Shown: piece after piece, positions 1-10,018 of the stretch | Position numbering within the stretch: the stretch's first letter is position 1 | Layout of the letters: the number at the start of each line of letters is the position of its first letter | Made by a program: the position numbers and the translations under genes | The notes under the pieces: generated by a model | The model's database searches: none | What the model was told of the DNA's origin: nothing | Seen by the model: only the letters and a program-made list of their open reading frames with translations | Assembly: GCA_963842755.1 (NCBI GenBank) | Contig: CAWJIC010000075.1 | Location: forward strand, 85,180 to 149,179 | From: an uncultured Chloroflexia bacterium | Lineage (GTDB): Bacteria; Chloroflexota; Limnocylindria; Limnocylindrales; CSP1-4 | Length of the DNA stretch: 64,000 nt | Reading direction: 5' to 3'

Positions 1-398
1 TCTCGTACGGGATCTTCGCGACCTCCTTCGCGGCCGGCGTGGGCTACCTGGTCCAGGGGCAGAAAGACCGCTTCGCCTGGCTGCCCTCGCACAAGGTCCT
101 CGACGAGGTTGCCTACCGGGCCGTGATCGTCGGCTTCCCGGTCTTCGCCACGATGATCGTCCTCGGCAGCTGGTGGGCCTCGATCGCCTGGTCCCGCTAC
201 TGGGGCTGGGACCCCAAGGAGACCGCGGCGCTGGTCACCTGGCTGGTCTACGCGGTCTACCTCCACGCCCGCAACCAGCGGTCGTGGGCCGGGCGGCCCG
301 CGGCGCTGCTGCTGGTCGTCGGCTTCGCGATGGTCCTGGTGACCTACTCCGGCAGCCTGTGGTTCTCCGGGCTGCACGCCTACTCCGGGCTGAACTAG
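1..398 (+). CDS. ccsA: Cytochrome c-type biogenesis protein CcsA/ResC, C-terminal fragment (gene starts upstream of the window)
   Basis: Open frame runs from the window edge. Trp-rich heme-handling motif WWASIAWSRYWGWDPKE. Several hydrophobic TM segments. Confidence 0.8.
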   Translation, partial: SYGIFATSFAAGVGYLVQGQKDRFAWLPSHKVLDEVAYRAVIVGFPVFATMIVLGSWWASIAWSRYWGWDPKETAALVTWLVYAVYLHARNQRSWAGRPAALLLVVGFAMVLVTYSGSLWFSGLHAYSGLN

Positions 399-590
399 CG
401 CCAATCCCGGCCGAGCCGCACGGGCGGGACCGAAGGGGCCGAGCGGAGAGCGGGTGCAGCCGGCGCGCGCGGCTTTCCCGAGTCCTGGCCAGATTGTCAC
501 CCGTGGACCGTTGGGTCCGATCTTCCGCGCTTCCAGGCGTCGGTCGACCGTCCGCCCGCCGAGACCGTCCCGGCCCGCGCTCAGCCCGGT

Positions 591-1328
591 TCAGGAGACC
601 CGCTCCGAAGGGCGACGAACCCGCCGAACGGGCACAGGATCGGACCGTACGGTCTGTGCATGGGATTCTGGCCAGAGGGACAGAGCGGCGATCGCGCGGT
701 CCGGGTCACGCAGCCAGCGCCGCACGCCGCGGCCATCGACCGGGAAGGCAGCCCGCAACATCGCGCCGTGGACAGCGATCCGCCGCCGGTTCGTCCGACC
801 AGGTGCCACCACGACCCAGGTTGAGACGGTCAGCGGCTGGTACCCAAGCTCGGCCGCGATCCGCGCGGCCAGTCGGCGCTTCCGGTCCACGCCGCCCACC
901 AGGTCGTTGACATCGACGATGTCGGTCTTGAGCTCGATGATGAGGAGGGCTCGTCGGGCTGGGTGCCAGGCGACGACATCGACGATTCCGCGCTCGCCGT
1001 AGATCGAGAACGAAACCTCGGGCCGGATCGTCCAGTCCGGCAGGTCGGCCCGGAAGGCCCGCGCCACGGCCTCATGAAGCGCCGAATGGCGTGCGTTCAG
1101 CAGCCGGTCGAGATCGCCGGCCCGCCACCGACCCAGCAGGTCCACCCGGATGTCGAGGACGGCCGCGATCCAGCGAATGGCGTCGACCGACAGTGAGCCG
1201 AGGTGACCACGCTCGAGCCGGGAGACCGTCGACGTCGAGACGCGCGCCGCCGCCGCCAGGTCGCGCTGGCGCCAGCGCCGCCGGATCCGGATCAGCCGGA
1301 CCGCCGCTCCGAGCCGTTGGTCGTCCAT
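591..1328 (-). CDS. XRE-family helix-turn-helix transcriptional regulator with C-terminal domain of unknown function
   Basis: Internal ATG at 1328 (MDDQRLG...). HTH motif LRQRDLAAAARVSTSTVSRLERG. The longer ORF to 1697 is probably 5' read-through in stop-poor GC-rich DNA. Confidence 0.6.
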   Translation of the reverse strand: MDDQRLGAAVRLIRIRRRWRQRDLAAAARVSTSTVSRLERGHLGSLSVDAIRWIAAVLDIRVDLLGRWRAGDLDRLLNARHSALHEAVARAFRADLPDWTIRPEVSFSIYGERGIVDVVAWHPARRALLIIELKTDIVDVNDLVGGVDRKRRLAARIAAELGYQPLTVSTWVVVAPGRTNRRRIAVHGAMLRAAFPVDGRGVRRWLRDPDRAIAALSLWPESHAQTVRSDPVPVRRVRRPSERVS

Positions 1329-1500
1329 CGCGCCAGTCTGGCGCGGGCCGATAAACCGCCACGTATCCGGCCCAACCGAACGCCTGCACTGCCGGGACGC
1401 CAGGCCCGGACCCAATGAGCCGAGCGGATCGTGACCGGCGGTCCGCGGCCATCTACCATCGGACGGACAACAGTCCCCGTTCTCACTCGCGGAGGTCGCG

Positions 1501-2457
1501 ATGAGCCTGGTCCTCGACTCGCTCAGCAAGCGGTTCGGGAGCGTACAGGCCCTCGACGGGATCAGCTTCGCCGTGGAGCCGGGCCAGGTGTTCGGCTTCC
1601 TGGGGGCGAACGGCGCGGGCAAGACGACGGCGATGCGGATCATCCTCGGGATCCTCCGGCCGGACACCGGCACGGTGACCTGGCGCGGCCAGCCCACCCG
1701 ACGGCTCCCTCGCCGGACGTGGGGCTACCTGCCCGAGGAGCGCGGGCTCTACCCGCGGATGAAGGTCCTCGACCAGCTCGTCTTCTTCGCCGCCCTGTAC
1801 GGGGTCCCCCGGCGGGATGCCGCCCGCGAGGTCCGCGACTGGCTCGAGCGGTTCCGCATCCCGGAGTACGCCGACCGCCGCGCCGAGGAGCTGTCCAAGG
1901 GCAACCAGCAGAAGGTCCAGTTCATCGCCGCGATCCTCCACGACCCCGAGGTCCTGCTCATGGACGAGCCGTTCACCGGCCTCGACCCGGTCAACGTGGC
2001 GCTCCTCAAGGAGGCCTTCGTCGAGATGCAGGGACGGGGCAAGACGATCGTCCTGTCGACCCACCAGATGGAGATGGTCGAGGAGCTGTGCGAGGCGATC
2101 GTGATCATCGACCGCGGCCGGATCGTCGTCGGCGGACCGGTCCGCGAGGTCAAGCGGGCGAGCGGCCGGCGGGTCGTCCGGCTGGGCGTGACCGGCGATC
2201 CTGCGCTGCCCTGGCTGGTCGGCGACGGCGTCCGGCTGGTCCGCGCCGGCGAGGACTACTCGGAGCTCGAGGTCGGGCCGGGGCGCGATCCCGAGTCGAT
2301 CCTGCGGGACGCCCTCGCCCGGGGCGAGCACGTCACCCGGTTCGAGATCGCCGACCCCTCGATCGAGCAGATCTTCATCGAGCACGTCGGGCGACCCCCG
2401 AGCGATGAGAAGCGGCTGGCAGCGGCTGCCGCGACGGCGAAGGGCGAGCGCCGATGA
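1501..2457 (+). CDS. ABC transporter ATP-binding protein (ABC-2 exporter type)
   Basis: Walker A GANGAGKTT. ABC signature LSKGNQQKV. Walker B LLMDEPFTGLD. 4-bp ATGA overlap with the downstream permease. Confidence 0.9.
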   Translation: MSLVLDSLSKRFGSVQALDGISFAVEPGQVFGFLGANGAGKTTAMRIILGILRPDTGTVTWRGQPTRRLPRRTWGYLPEERGLYPRMKVLDQLVFFAALYGVPRRDAAREVRDWLERFRIPEYADRRAEELSKGNQQKVQFIAAILHDPEVLLMDEPFTGLDPVNVALLKEAFVEMQGRGKTIVLSTHQMEMVEELCEAIVIIDRGRIVVGGPVREVKRASGRRVVRLGVTGDPALPWLVGDGVRLVRAGEDYSELEVGPGRDPESILRDALARGEHVTRFEIADPSIEQIFIEHVGRPPSDEKRLAAAAATAKGERR

Positions 2458-3797
2458 ACCCGGCCGGCCTGCGAGCCACCCTGCGCAACATCCTGACCGT
2501 CGCCCGGCGCGAGTTCACCTGGCGCGGGCGAACCCGGACGTTCGCCTTCTCGACCGCGATCCTCGTCGTCATGGCCGTCGGGGTCGCCCTCGCACCGGTC
2601 CTCCTGCGCGTCGTCAACCGGCTCGACACGGCGGATCGGCTGGCCGTCCACGAAGGGACCGCCGCGCCGTCAGTGTCAGTCGCGCCCGCCCTCGAGGCGC
2701 TCCTCAACGCCACCCGGGACGCCAGCCTCCAGGGTACCCAGGGAGCGAACCCCGGCGGGTTCATCGTGACCGCCGTGACCGACCTGGCCGCCGCCCGCGC
2801 CGACGTGGAGGCCGGCCGACTGAAGGGCGTTCTCGCCCTGGAGCGGACCCCGGCCGGCGACCTGGCGTTTACCCTCTACTCGAAGATGCAGCCGTTCGAG
2901 CGGACGCCCCAGCTCATCCAGCAGGCCGTCACGGCGCTCACGATCCAGGACCGCCTGGCGCGCAGGGGGATCCCGCCGGGCGACCAGGCCGTCCTCTTCG
3001 CGCCACCCGCGTTCGAGCACGCCCCGCCGAGCGGGTCGGCCAACGGGCCCGGCTCGACCGAGCAGCTCATCGGCGGCTCGATCATCGGCTTCGCCCTGAC
3101 GATCTTCATCTTCATCGCGATCATGCTCTACGGGCAGTGGGTGGCGATGAGCGTCGCCGAGGAGAAGAGCAGCCGGGTGATGGAGATCGTCCTCGGCGCC
3201 GCCAAGCCGTTCGAGCTGCTGACCGGCAAGGTGATCGGGGTCGGGGCGCTTGGGCTGGCCCAGTACGCGATCGTGTTCATCCCGACCGTCCTGGCGATCG
3301 TCTTCCAGGACCGGATCGCCGCGCTGATCCTGGGCGGGACGGCGTCGAGCGGCCTGCCGTCCGGGCTGACCGTGCCGCTCCTCGCGGCGTTCGGCGTCTT
3401 CTTCGTCCTCGGCTTCGCGCTGTACGCCACGCTCTACGCGGGGGTCGCGTCGCTGGTCAGCCGCCAGGAGGACGTGAACCAGATCGTCGGGCCGCTGACG
3501 ATGATCTCGACCGCGGGCTACATGATCGCGGCCTACTCGAGCTCGGGGCTCATCGAGATGAGCTCGTCGATCGTCCGGCTGCTGTCGTACATCCCGTTCC
3601 TGAGCCCGTACGTCATGCTCTCGCGGATGGCCCTCGGGCAGGTCGAGCCGTGGGAGCCGGTCCTGGCGATCGCGATCCTGGTCGTGACGATCCTCGGCGC
3701 GCTGTGGCTCGCCGCCCGGATCTACGGCGCGGGCGTCCTGCTGTACGGCCAGAAGCCCAGCCTCCGGAACTTCGTCCAGGCGCTCCGCACCGGCTGA
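2454..3797 (+). CDS. ABC-2 family transporter permease
   Basis: Translationally coupled to the ATPase. N-terminal TM helix, large extracytoplasmic loop, then a cluster of about 5 C-terminal TM helices, as in YhaP/NatB-type permeases. Confidence 0.8.
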   Translation: MNPAGLRATLRNILTVARREFTWRGRTRTFAFSTAILVVMAVGVALAPVLLRVVNRLDTADRLAVHEGTAAPSVSVAPALEALLNATRDASLQGTQGANPGGFIVTAVTDLAAARADVEAGRLKGVLALERTPAGDLAFTLYSKMQPFERTPQLIQQAVTALTIQDRLARRGIPPGDQAVLFAPPAFEHAPPSGSANGPGSTEQLIGGSIIGFALTIFIFIAIMLYGQWVAMSVAEEKSSRVMEIVLGAAKPFELLTGKVIGVGALGLAQYAIVFIPTVLAIVFQDRIAALILGGTASSGLPSGLTVPLLAAFGVFFVLGFALYATLYAGVASLVSRQEDVNQIVGPLTMISTAGYMIAAYSSSGLIEMSSSIVRLLSYIPFLSPYVMLSRMALGQVEPWEPVLAIAILVVTILGALWLAARIYGAGVLLYGQKPSLRNFVQALRTG

Positions 3798-4280
3798 CCG
3801 GCGGGCGGGCGAGGCTGAGCTTCCGGCCGCGGGGCCGCATTCGTTCCGGCCGCGAGGCTGCGCTTCCGGCCCCGATATCAGCGCCATTGCTACCAGGCGG
3901 GGTTCCGGTCCCGAACGATGACCCGTGGTGCCGTAGCGGGCATCAGCCGGCGTGTCGGTGAGCGTGGATCGAGCGTCGGCCGATGCGCCGAGGTCGCCAC
4001 CGACGCGCGCGGACCGCCCATACCCCGTCGGGTAGCAATGGTGGTGATATCCCGAGCCGGAGCCGGAGCTGGGGCCGGGGCGCGTGATAACCGCACGCCT
4101 GTTCCATTACCGTGTCGCGGAGTTGGACTCCGGACTCGCGGACCGGGGTCGCGTGACGGACTTGATGACCGGCTCGCAACTCCCGCCAGGTGGCCGCGTC
4201 CACACCCCGTCCACCGCCGGATCGGGACTGTCCACAGCCGTGGGGCGGCTGTCCACGCAGGAGCCCAGAATCGTCCACAT

Positions 4281-4330
4281 CCACAGCATGTAGCGGTGCA
4301 TCGTCGGGAGACACCACAACATGTTGTGGT
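4281..4330. promoter_or_regulatory. Tandem NrdR boxes upstream of nrdJ
   Basis: Perfect 16-bp palindrome CCACAACATGTTGTGG at 4314-4329. Weaker box CCACAGCATGTAGCGG at 4281-4296. Centres about 32 bp apart, as typical for NrdR operators. Confidence 0.6.
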
Positions 4331-4337
4331 TTGGGGC

Positions 4338-4366
4338 TTGACGACCCTGTCGACCGAGCGTATCGT
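4338..4366 (+). promoter_or_regulatory. Candidate sigma70-like promoter of nrdJ
   Basis: TTGACG, 17 nt spacer, TATCGT, immediately downstream of the NrdR boxes. About 250-nt leader before the ATG at 4625. Confidence 0.4.
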
Positions 4367-4624
4367 GAGGGAGTCGCTCAACCGATCGGAGCCGGCCCGG
4401 GACGGCCGCCAGGACCGCACAGAACACGGTCCCGCGGAGTCACCCGCCCCCTCCCCGAGGACGGACGGCAGGAGGCACAGTCGCAGCTACGCCGGGGGGA
4501 TCCCGGCCCGGACGTCCCCGCTCCCGGCACCGGCCAACCCTCGGCACGGCCCGGGCACGAACCACCCCAGGGCCCAGCAGCACCCACCCCAGAACCCAGC
4601 CCAGCGCGTGGAGGAGAGAGCACG

Positions 4625-7600
4625 ATGGCCCGAGTCGCCGGCCAGGGAGTCCCGGTCATGGAGCAGGGAGCGAAGAAGACCGTGGGCAAGGACAAGCTCA
4701 CTCCGCGCCACCACGGCCCGTACGGCGTCAGCTTCAACGGCCAGAACCCGGACGGCACGCCGGCCCGGGGCCTCACCTTCGAGCGCCGCTGGACCCGCCC
4801 GGGCGTCCATCCCTACGACGAGATCGCCTGGGAGACGCGGACCGCCGCGATCGGCAACGAGTCGGGCAAGCTCGTCTTCGAGCAGAAGGACGTGGAGGTC
4901 CCGGCCTTCTGGAGCCAGCTCGCGACCAACGTCGTCGTGAGCAAGTACTTCCGCGGCCACATCGGCACGCCGGAGCGCGAGACGAGCGTCCGCCAGCTGA
5001 TCGACCGCGTCGTCAACACGATCTGCGCCTGGGCGGAGACCCAGCACTACTTCGCCGCGGACGCGGACCTCGACGCGTTCCGCGCGGAGCTCACCCACCT
5101 CCTCGTCCACCAGAAGATGAGCTTCAACTCGCCGGTCTGGTTCAACGTCGGGATCGAGCAGAAGCCGCAGTGCTCGGCCTGCTTCATCAACTCCGTCCAG
5201 GACACGATGAGCAGCATCATGGACCTGGCCAAGACGGAGGCGATGCTGTTCAAGTTCGGCTCCGGCGCCGGCTCCAACCTGAGCACCATCCGCTCCAGCC
5301 GGGAGAAGATGTCGGGCGGCGGCATGGCGTCCGGCCCGGTCAGCTTCATGAGGGGCTACGACTCGTTTGCCGGCGTTATCAAGTCGGGCGGCAAGACCCG
5401 GCGCGCCGCGAAGATGGTCATCCTGGACGTGGACCATCCGGACATCCTCGACTTCGTCGACTCGAAGAAGCACGAGGAGGAGAAGGCCTGGGCCCTCATC
5501 GAGGCCGGCTACGACCCGAGCTTCACCGGTGAGGCCTACGGCTCGGTCTTCTTCCAGAACGCCAACCACTCCGTGCGCGTCACGGACGAGTTCATGCAGG
5601 ACGTCGTCGACGACCGCGACTGGACGACCCACGCCGTCGTCGACCACAAGCCGATGGAGACCTACAAGGCGCGGGACATCTTCCGCAAGATGGCTGAGGC
5701 CGCCCACCTCTGCGGCGACCCCGGCATCCAGTACGACACCACGATCAACGACTGGAACCCGGTCTCGAACTCGGACCGCCAGTACGCAACGAATCCGTGC
5801 TCGGAGTTCAGCTTCTTGAACGACACGAGCTGCAACCTCGCCTCGCCTCAACCTCATGAAGTTCGTCGGCGAGGACGGCGAGTTCGACGTCGACGCCTAT
5901 CGCCACGCCGTCCGGCTGACGATCACCGCCCAGGAGATCCTCGTCGACAACGCGGCTATCCGACGCCCAGGATCGAGGAGAACTCCCACCGCTTCCGGCC
6001 GCTCGGGCTGGGCTACGCCAACCTCGGCGCGCTGCTCATGAGCCGCGGCCTGGCGTACGACTCCGAGGACGGGCACGCCTACGCCGCCGCCCTGACCTCG
6101 ATCATGACGGCCGAGGCGTACCGGCAGTCGGCGATCGTCGCCCGCGACCACGGCGGGCCATTCGCCGAGTACGAGAAGAACAAGCAGCCGTTCCTACGGG
6201 TCATCGAGAAGCACCGAGTCGCGGCGCAGGAGATCCCGGAGAAGGGCGTGCCCGGGGACTTGCTGGACTCGGCGCGCACGCTGTGGGACGAGACACTCGA
6301 GCTCGGGGAGCAGAACGGGTACCGCAACGCACAGACCAGTTTGCTTGCCCCAACTGGGACTATTTCGTTCATGATGGATTGCGATACCACCGGGATCGAG
6401 CCGGACATTGCCCTGATCAAGTACAAGAAGCTCGTCGGCGAGGGCTTCCTCAAGATCGTCAACCAGACGGTCCCGGGCGCCCTCAGGAAGCTCGGCTACA
6501 CGCCCCAGCAGGTCGAGGACATCCTCGCCTACGTCAACGAGCGGGAGACGATCGAGGGCGCGCCCGGCCTCAAGCCAGAGCACCTGTCGGTCTTCGACTG
6601 CGCCTTCAAGCCGGTCAACGGCGAGCGCTCCATCCACTACATGGGCCACGTCCGGATGATGGCCGCGGTCCAGCCGTTCCTGTCCGGGGCGATCAGCAAG
6701 ACCGTGAACATGCCGGAAGCGGCCACGGTCGAGCAGATCGAGCAGGTCTACCTCGAGGGCTGGAAGCTCGGCCTCAAGGCGATCGCGATCTACCGCGACA
6801 ACTCCAAGCGGAGCCAGCCGCTCAGCACCAGCAAGAAGAAGGACGGCGACGTCGTCGACAGCGCCGTCGTGGCCGAGCTCCGGGCCCAGCTCGCTGCCGC
6901 CCAGGCGGAGGCGGTCAAGCCGCACCGGCGCCGGCTCCCGGCCGAGCGCCAGGCGATCACCCACAAGTTCGACATCTCCGGCCACGAGGGCTACATCACC
7001 GTCGGGCTCTACCCCGACGGCCAGCCCGGCGAGATCTTCCTGAAGATGGCCAAGGAGGGCTCCACGGTCTCGGGCCTGATGGACACGTTCGCGACGTCGG
7101 TCAGCCTGGCGCTCCAGTACGGCGTGCCGCTGCGGGACCTCGTGAACAAGTTCGCCCACGTCCGGTTCGAGCCGAGCGGCTTCACCGGCAACCAGGAGAT
7201 CCCGATCGCGAAGTCGATCGTGGACTACATCTTCCGGTGGCTGGGCAGCCGCTTCCTGCCGGCCGACGAGAAGGCCCAGATCGGGCTGATCAGCCGCGGC
7301 GAGGTCGTCACGGAGCCGGGGCCGATCTCGTTCGGCGGGTTTGGTGGAGCCTCGGCCGTCGCGGCTCCCACGGCCCCGCTGGCAGAGGAGGGTCCGTCGG
7401 CCGTCGACGAGGCGCTCGAGCCCGCGAAGGACCAGCCGCGGGCGACCGCGGTGGCGACCGAGCCGGCGAAGGCCGCGCTCCCGGTCGTCGAGTCCGCCGC
7501 CGCCAACGGCCACGCCAACGGCAACGGCAAGGCCAACGGCAACGGGAACGGCAGCGCCCTCGGCGCGATCGCCGCCTCCCTCGGCTCCACGAAGGTCGCC

Positions 7601-7711
7601 TTCACCGTCCAGGAAGACGCCCCCAGCTGCGCCGACTGCGGCTCGATCATGGTCCGCAACGGCTCCTGCTACAAGTGCCTCAACTGCGGCAGCACGAGCG
7701 GCTGCAGCTGA
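4625..7711 (+). CDS. nrdJ: Class II adenosylcobalamin-dependent ribonucleoside-diphosphate reductase NrdJ, with two compensating frameshifts near 5845 and 5957
   Basis: Strong class II RNR similarity along the whole length (GVHPYDEIAWE, NPCSEF, C-terminal CxxC...CxxC tail). The segment LNLMKFVGEDGEFDVDAYRHAVRLTITAQEILVDNAA is encoded in the +1 frame (ORF 5856-6041) between the two shifts. Confidence 0.9.
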   Translation: MARVAGQGVPVMEQGAKKTVGKDKLTPRHHGPYGVSFNGQNPDGTPARGLTFERRWTRPGVHPYDEIAWETRTAAIGNESGKLVFEQKDVEVPAFWSQLATNVVVSKYFRGHIGTPERETSVRQLIDRVVNTICAWAETQHYFAADADLDAFRAELTHLLVHQKMSFNSPVWFNVGIEQKPQCSACFINSVQDTMSSIMDLAKTEAMLFKFGSGAGSNLSTIRSSREKMSGGGMASGPVSFMRGYDSFAGVIKSGGKTRRAAKMVILDVDHPDILDFVDSKKHEEEKAWALIEAGYDPSFTGEAYGSVFFQNANHSVRVTDEFMQDVVDDRDWTTHAVVDHKPMETYKARDIFRKMAEAAHLCGDPGIQYDTTINDWNPVSNSDRQYATNPCSEFSFLNDTSCNLASPQPHEVRRRGRRVRRRRLSPRRPADDHRPGDPRRQRGYPTPRIEENSHRFRPLGLGYANLGALLMSRGLAYDSEDGHAYAAALTSIMTAEAYRQSAIVARDHGGPFAEYEKNKQPFLRVIEKHRVAAQEIPEKGVPGDLLDSARTLWDETLELGEQNGYRNAQTSLLAPTGTISFMMDCDTTGIEPDIALIKYKKLVGEGFLKIVNQTVPGALRKLGYTPQQVEDILAYVNERETIEGAPGLKPEHLSVFDCAFKPVNGERSIHYMGHVRMMAAVQPFLSGAISKTVNMPEAATVEQIEQVYLEGWKLGLKAIAIYRDNSKRSQPLSTSKKKDGDVVDSAVVAELRAQLAAAQAEAVKPHRRRLPAERQAITHKFDISGHEGYITVGLYPDGQPGEIFLKMAKEGSTVSGLMDTFATSVSLALQYGVPLRDLVNKFAHVRFEPSGFTGNQEIPIAKSIVDYIFRWLGSRFLPADEKAQIGLISRGEVVTEPGPISFGGFGGASAVAAPTAPLAEEGPSAVDEALEPAKDQPRATAVATEPAKAALPVVESAAANGHANGNGKANGNGNGSALGAIAASLGSTKVAFTVQEDAPSCADCGSIMVRNGSCYKCLNCGSTSGCS
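7502..7553 (+). repeat. Hexanucleotide tandem repeat (aacggc)n inside the nrdJ C-terminal linker
   Basis: gccaacggc/aacggc units encoding the low-complexity ANGHANGNGKANGNGNG linker. Confidence 0.6.
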
Positions 7712-8257
7712 CGTGCCCTACGCCCTCGGCGACAAGCCGATGCCGAGGCGAGCGCTCAGTCCGCTCGAAGAAGCTGTCGTCGACGGGTACGTGAAGCAGC
7801 AGACGGCCCGTGTCCCCGATATCGCGTGGCGGCCAGATGCCAGCCTCCCGGTCAGGGGCTCGAAACGCGCCGACTACTCACCGCCGTGGTATCTCGACGC
7901 AGGAGCCTGTGCGCCGGGCCGGCAGCGCCGCGTCCGACCTGACGAGCCCCTCGCTGCACACGGGAGGTTCAAACGGTCGGCCACAGCCGCCGCCAAGGCT
8001 CGATTGGGCTCCTGATGGAACGCCCGGCGTTCAGAGCCGCCGGAGTCACGCCCCTCATCGGCGGAGTTGCACTAGCCGCGTTCAGAACCAGCCTCGACCT
8101 GCCCGGCAAACGACGGTTTGAACGTGGGGTGTTCACGCAACCACGCAGCCGGGCAGGCGGGTAGCCGTGCAGTCGGCGTGATTGCAGCCCGGTGCAGGAC
8201 CCCGACCCCGGCGCGGTGACCGCGGCCCCGTGCCGCTCGTGCCCGTATCCTTCGTCC

Positions 8258-9136
8258 ATGACGCTCTACCGTTTCCACGACCCGAAGGACCTTGACGCGC
8301 CGACGCTGGTGGCGGCGTTCGACGGCTGGGTCGACTCGGGGGCGGCCGCGACGACGGCGGTCGGGCGGCTCGCTGAGGGCGGCGAGGTCGTCGCCACGTT
8401 CGACGGCGACCTCCTGTTCGACTACCGCGCGCGCCGGCCGACCCTGGAAATCGTGGATGGCCGCCTCGCCGAGCTGACGTGGCCGGAGCTGACGATCCGG
8501 CGGGCTCGGGTCGGCGGCCGGGACCTCCTCGTGCTGACCGGCGCCGAGCCCGACTTCCGCTGGCGGGAGTTCGCGGACGCCGCGGTCGAGCTCGCGAGCC
8601 GGCTCGGCGTCGTCGAGTGGATCAGCCTCGGGGCGATCCCGGCGGCGGTCCCCCACACCCGTTCGGTGCCGATCATGGGCACGGAGTCGGGCCCCGGCCT
8701 GCTCCGGGGCGATGTCCGGCCGGGGCCGGCGGGCCTGCTGCGCGTGCCGTCGGCCGCGCTGTCCGTCCTGGAGATGACGCTGGCGCGGTCGGGGACGCCG
8801 GCCGTCGGCTACTTCGCCCAGGTCCCGCACTACGTGTCCGGGCCGTACCCGGTCGCCGCGCTGGCCCTGCTCCAGGCGCTCGAGCGCCACCTCGGCGTGG
8901 AGATCGCGGCCGGCTCGCTCATCGACGAGGCCCGCGCGATGCGGACGCACCTGGACGCTGCGATCGCGGCCGACGAGACCACGCGAACCTACGTCGCGCG
9001 CCTCGAGTCCATGGTCGACGAGCAGCGCCTGCCCGCCGGCGACGAGCTCATCTCCCAGATCGAGCGCTTCCTCCGGGACCGTGGCGGCGGCGGGCAGGGC
9101 GGGCAGGGCGGCCAGGGCAGCGGCCTGCCGAACTGA
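8258..9136 (+). CDS. PAC2 family protein (proteasome assembly chaperone-like)
   Basis: MTLYRFHDP...LVAAFDGWVDSG...LLFDYRARRP pattern typical of actinobacterial PAC2. C-terminal GGQ repeats. Confidence 0.7.
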   Translation: MTLYRFHDPKDLDAPTLVAAFDGWVDSGAAATTAVGRLAEGGEVVATFDGDLLFDYRARRPTLEIVDGRLAELTWPELTIRRARVGGRDLLVLTGAEPDFRWREFADAAVELASRLGVVEWISLGAIPAAVPHTRSVPIMGTESGPGLLRGDVRPGPAGLLRVPSAALSVLEMTLARSGTPAVGYFAQVPHYVSGPYPVAALALLQALERHLGVEIAAGSLIDEARAMRTHLDAAIAADETTRTYVARLESMVDEQRLPAGDELISQIERFLRDRGGGGQGGQGGQGSGLPN

Positions 9137-9140
9137 GCGC

Positions 9141-9857
9141 ATGACCCCCCGCCTCCTCGATCGCCACCTCCGCCTCCCCGGGACCCGGAACCTGCGCGAC
9201 GTGGGTGGCTACCCGGCAGGCGCGAACCGCCGGACGCGCTGGCGAACGCTCCTCCGCACCGATGCTCTCGACCAGTTGCCGGCGGAGTCGCGGTCGGCCC
9301 TCATCGACCTCGGGCTCCGCTGCGTCGTCGACCTCCGCTGGCCGGAGGAGCTCGTCGAGTCGCCGAGCGTCTTCGCGACGTCGGACCGGGTGACGTACCG
9401 GAGCATCCCGCTCCTCGCCGACGATCCGACGCCGATCCACGGGCTGGCTGCGACCTATCGCCACATCTTCGACGAGCGGGCGCCGCAGCTGGCCGAGGTG
9501 GTCCGGACACTCCTCGCGCCGGAGGGGCTGCCGGTAGTCATCGGCTGCGCGGCCGGCAAGGATCGGACGGGCGTGGCGATTGCTCTCCTGCTCGCGGCCA
9601 TCGGCGTACCTGACGACGTCATCGTCGCCGACTACGCGCTGTCGGGCGAGGCGTTCGGAAGCGAGCTCGCCGACGATCCGCACCTCCAGGACTGGCGGGC
9701 CCAGCCGATCCGGGTCGATTGCCCGCCCGAGTACATGGTCGAGGCGCTCCGTCACCTCGAGGGGCGCCACGGCGGCGCCGCCGCGTTCCTCCGCGAGCAC
9801 GGCCTGACCGACGCCGAGCTCGACCGCCTCGGCGAGCTGCTGACCGAACCGACCTGA
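9141..9857 (+). CDS. Protein-tyrosine/serine phosphatase family protein
   Basis: CX5R P-loop CAAGKDRTG. ATG at 9141 follows the PAC2 stop. Confidence 0.75.
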   Translation: MTPRLLDRHLRLPGTRNLRDVGGYPAGANRRTRWRTLLRTDALDQLPAESRSALIDLGLRCVVDLRWPEELVESPSVFATSDRVTYRSIPLLADDPTPIHGLAATYRHIFDERAPQLAEVVRTLLAPEGLPVVIGCAAGKDRTGVAIALLLAAIGVPDDVIVADYALSGEAFGSELADDPHLQDWRAQPIRVDCPPEYMVEALRHLEGRHGGAAAFLREHGLTDAELDRLGELLTEPT

Positions 9858-10018
9858 GCGCGGTCCACAACGGCGACTGGATCGCCGCCGAGGGCGCCCG
9901 GGCCGGCTGGCCCGGCGAGACGATGCGCAAGGACGAGGAGACAACCGACGCCCAGCGGACGGCCTTCCGGAACGGCGGATCGAGCCTGGACCGGCCCGCC
10001 AGCGGCCGGAACCGTACC

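Noticed and set aside
4367-4624. Possible cobalamin riboswitch in the long nrdJ leader
   Set aside because: No B12-box (GCCACTG-like) or the conserved GGTG...GGGAA core could be found. NrdR boxes already account for regulation. A covariance-model search would be needed to exclude it fully.
7810-8121. 103-aa ORF in the nrdJ-PAC2 gap
   Set aside because: No RBS, no domain signal, Arg/Pro/Ser-rich. The gap is more likely non-coding (see inverted-repeat finding).
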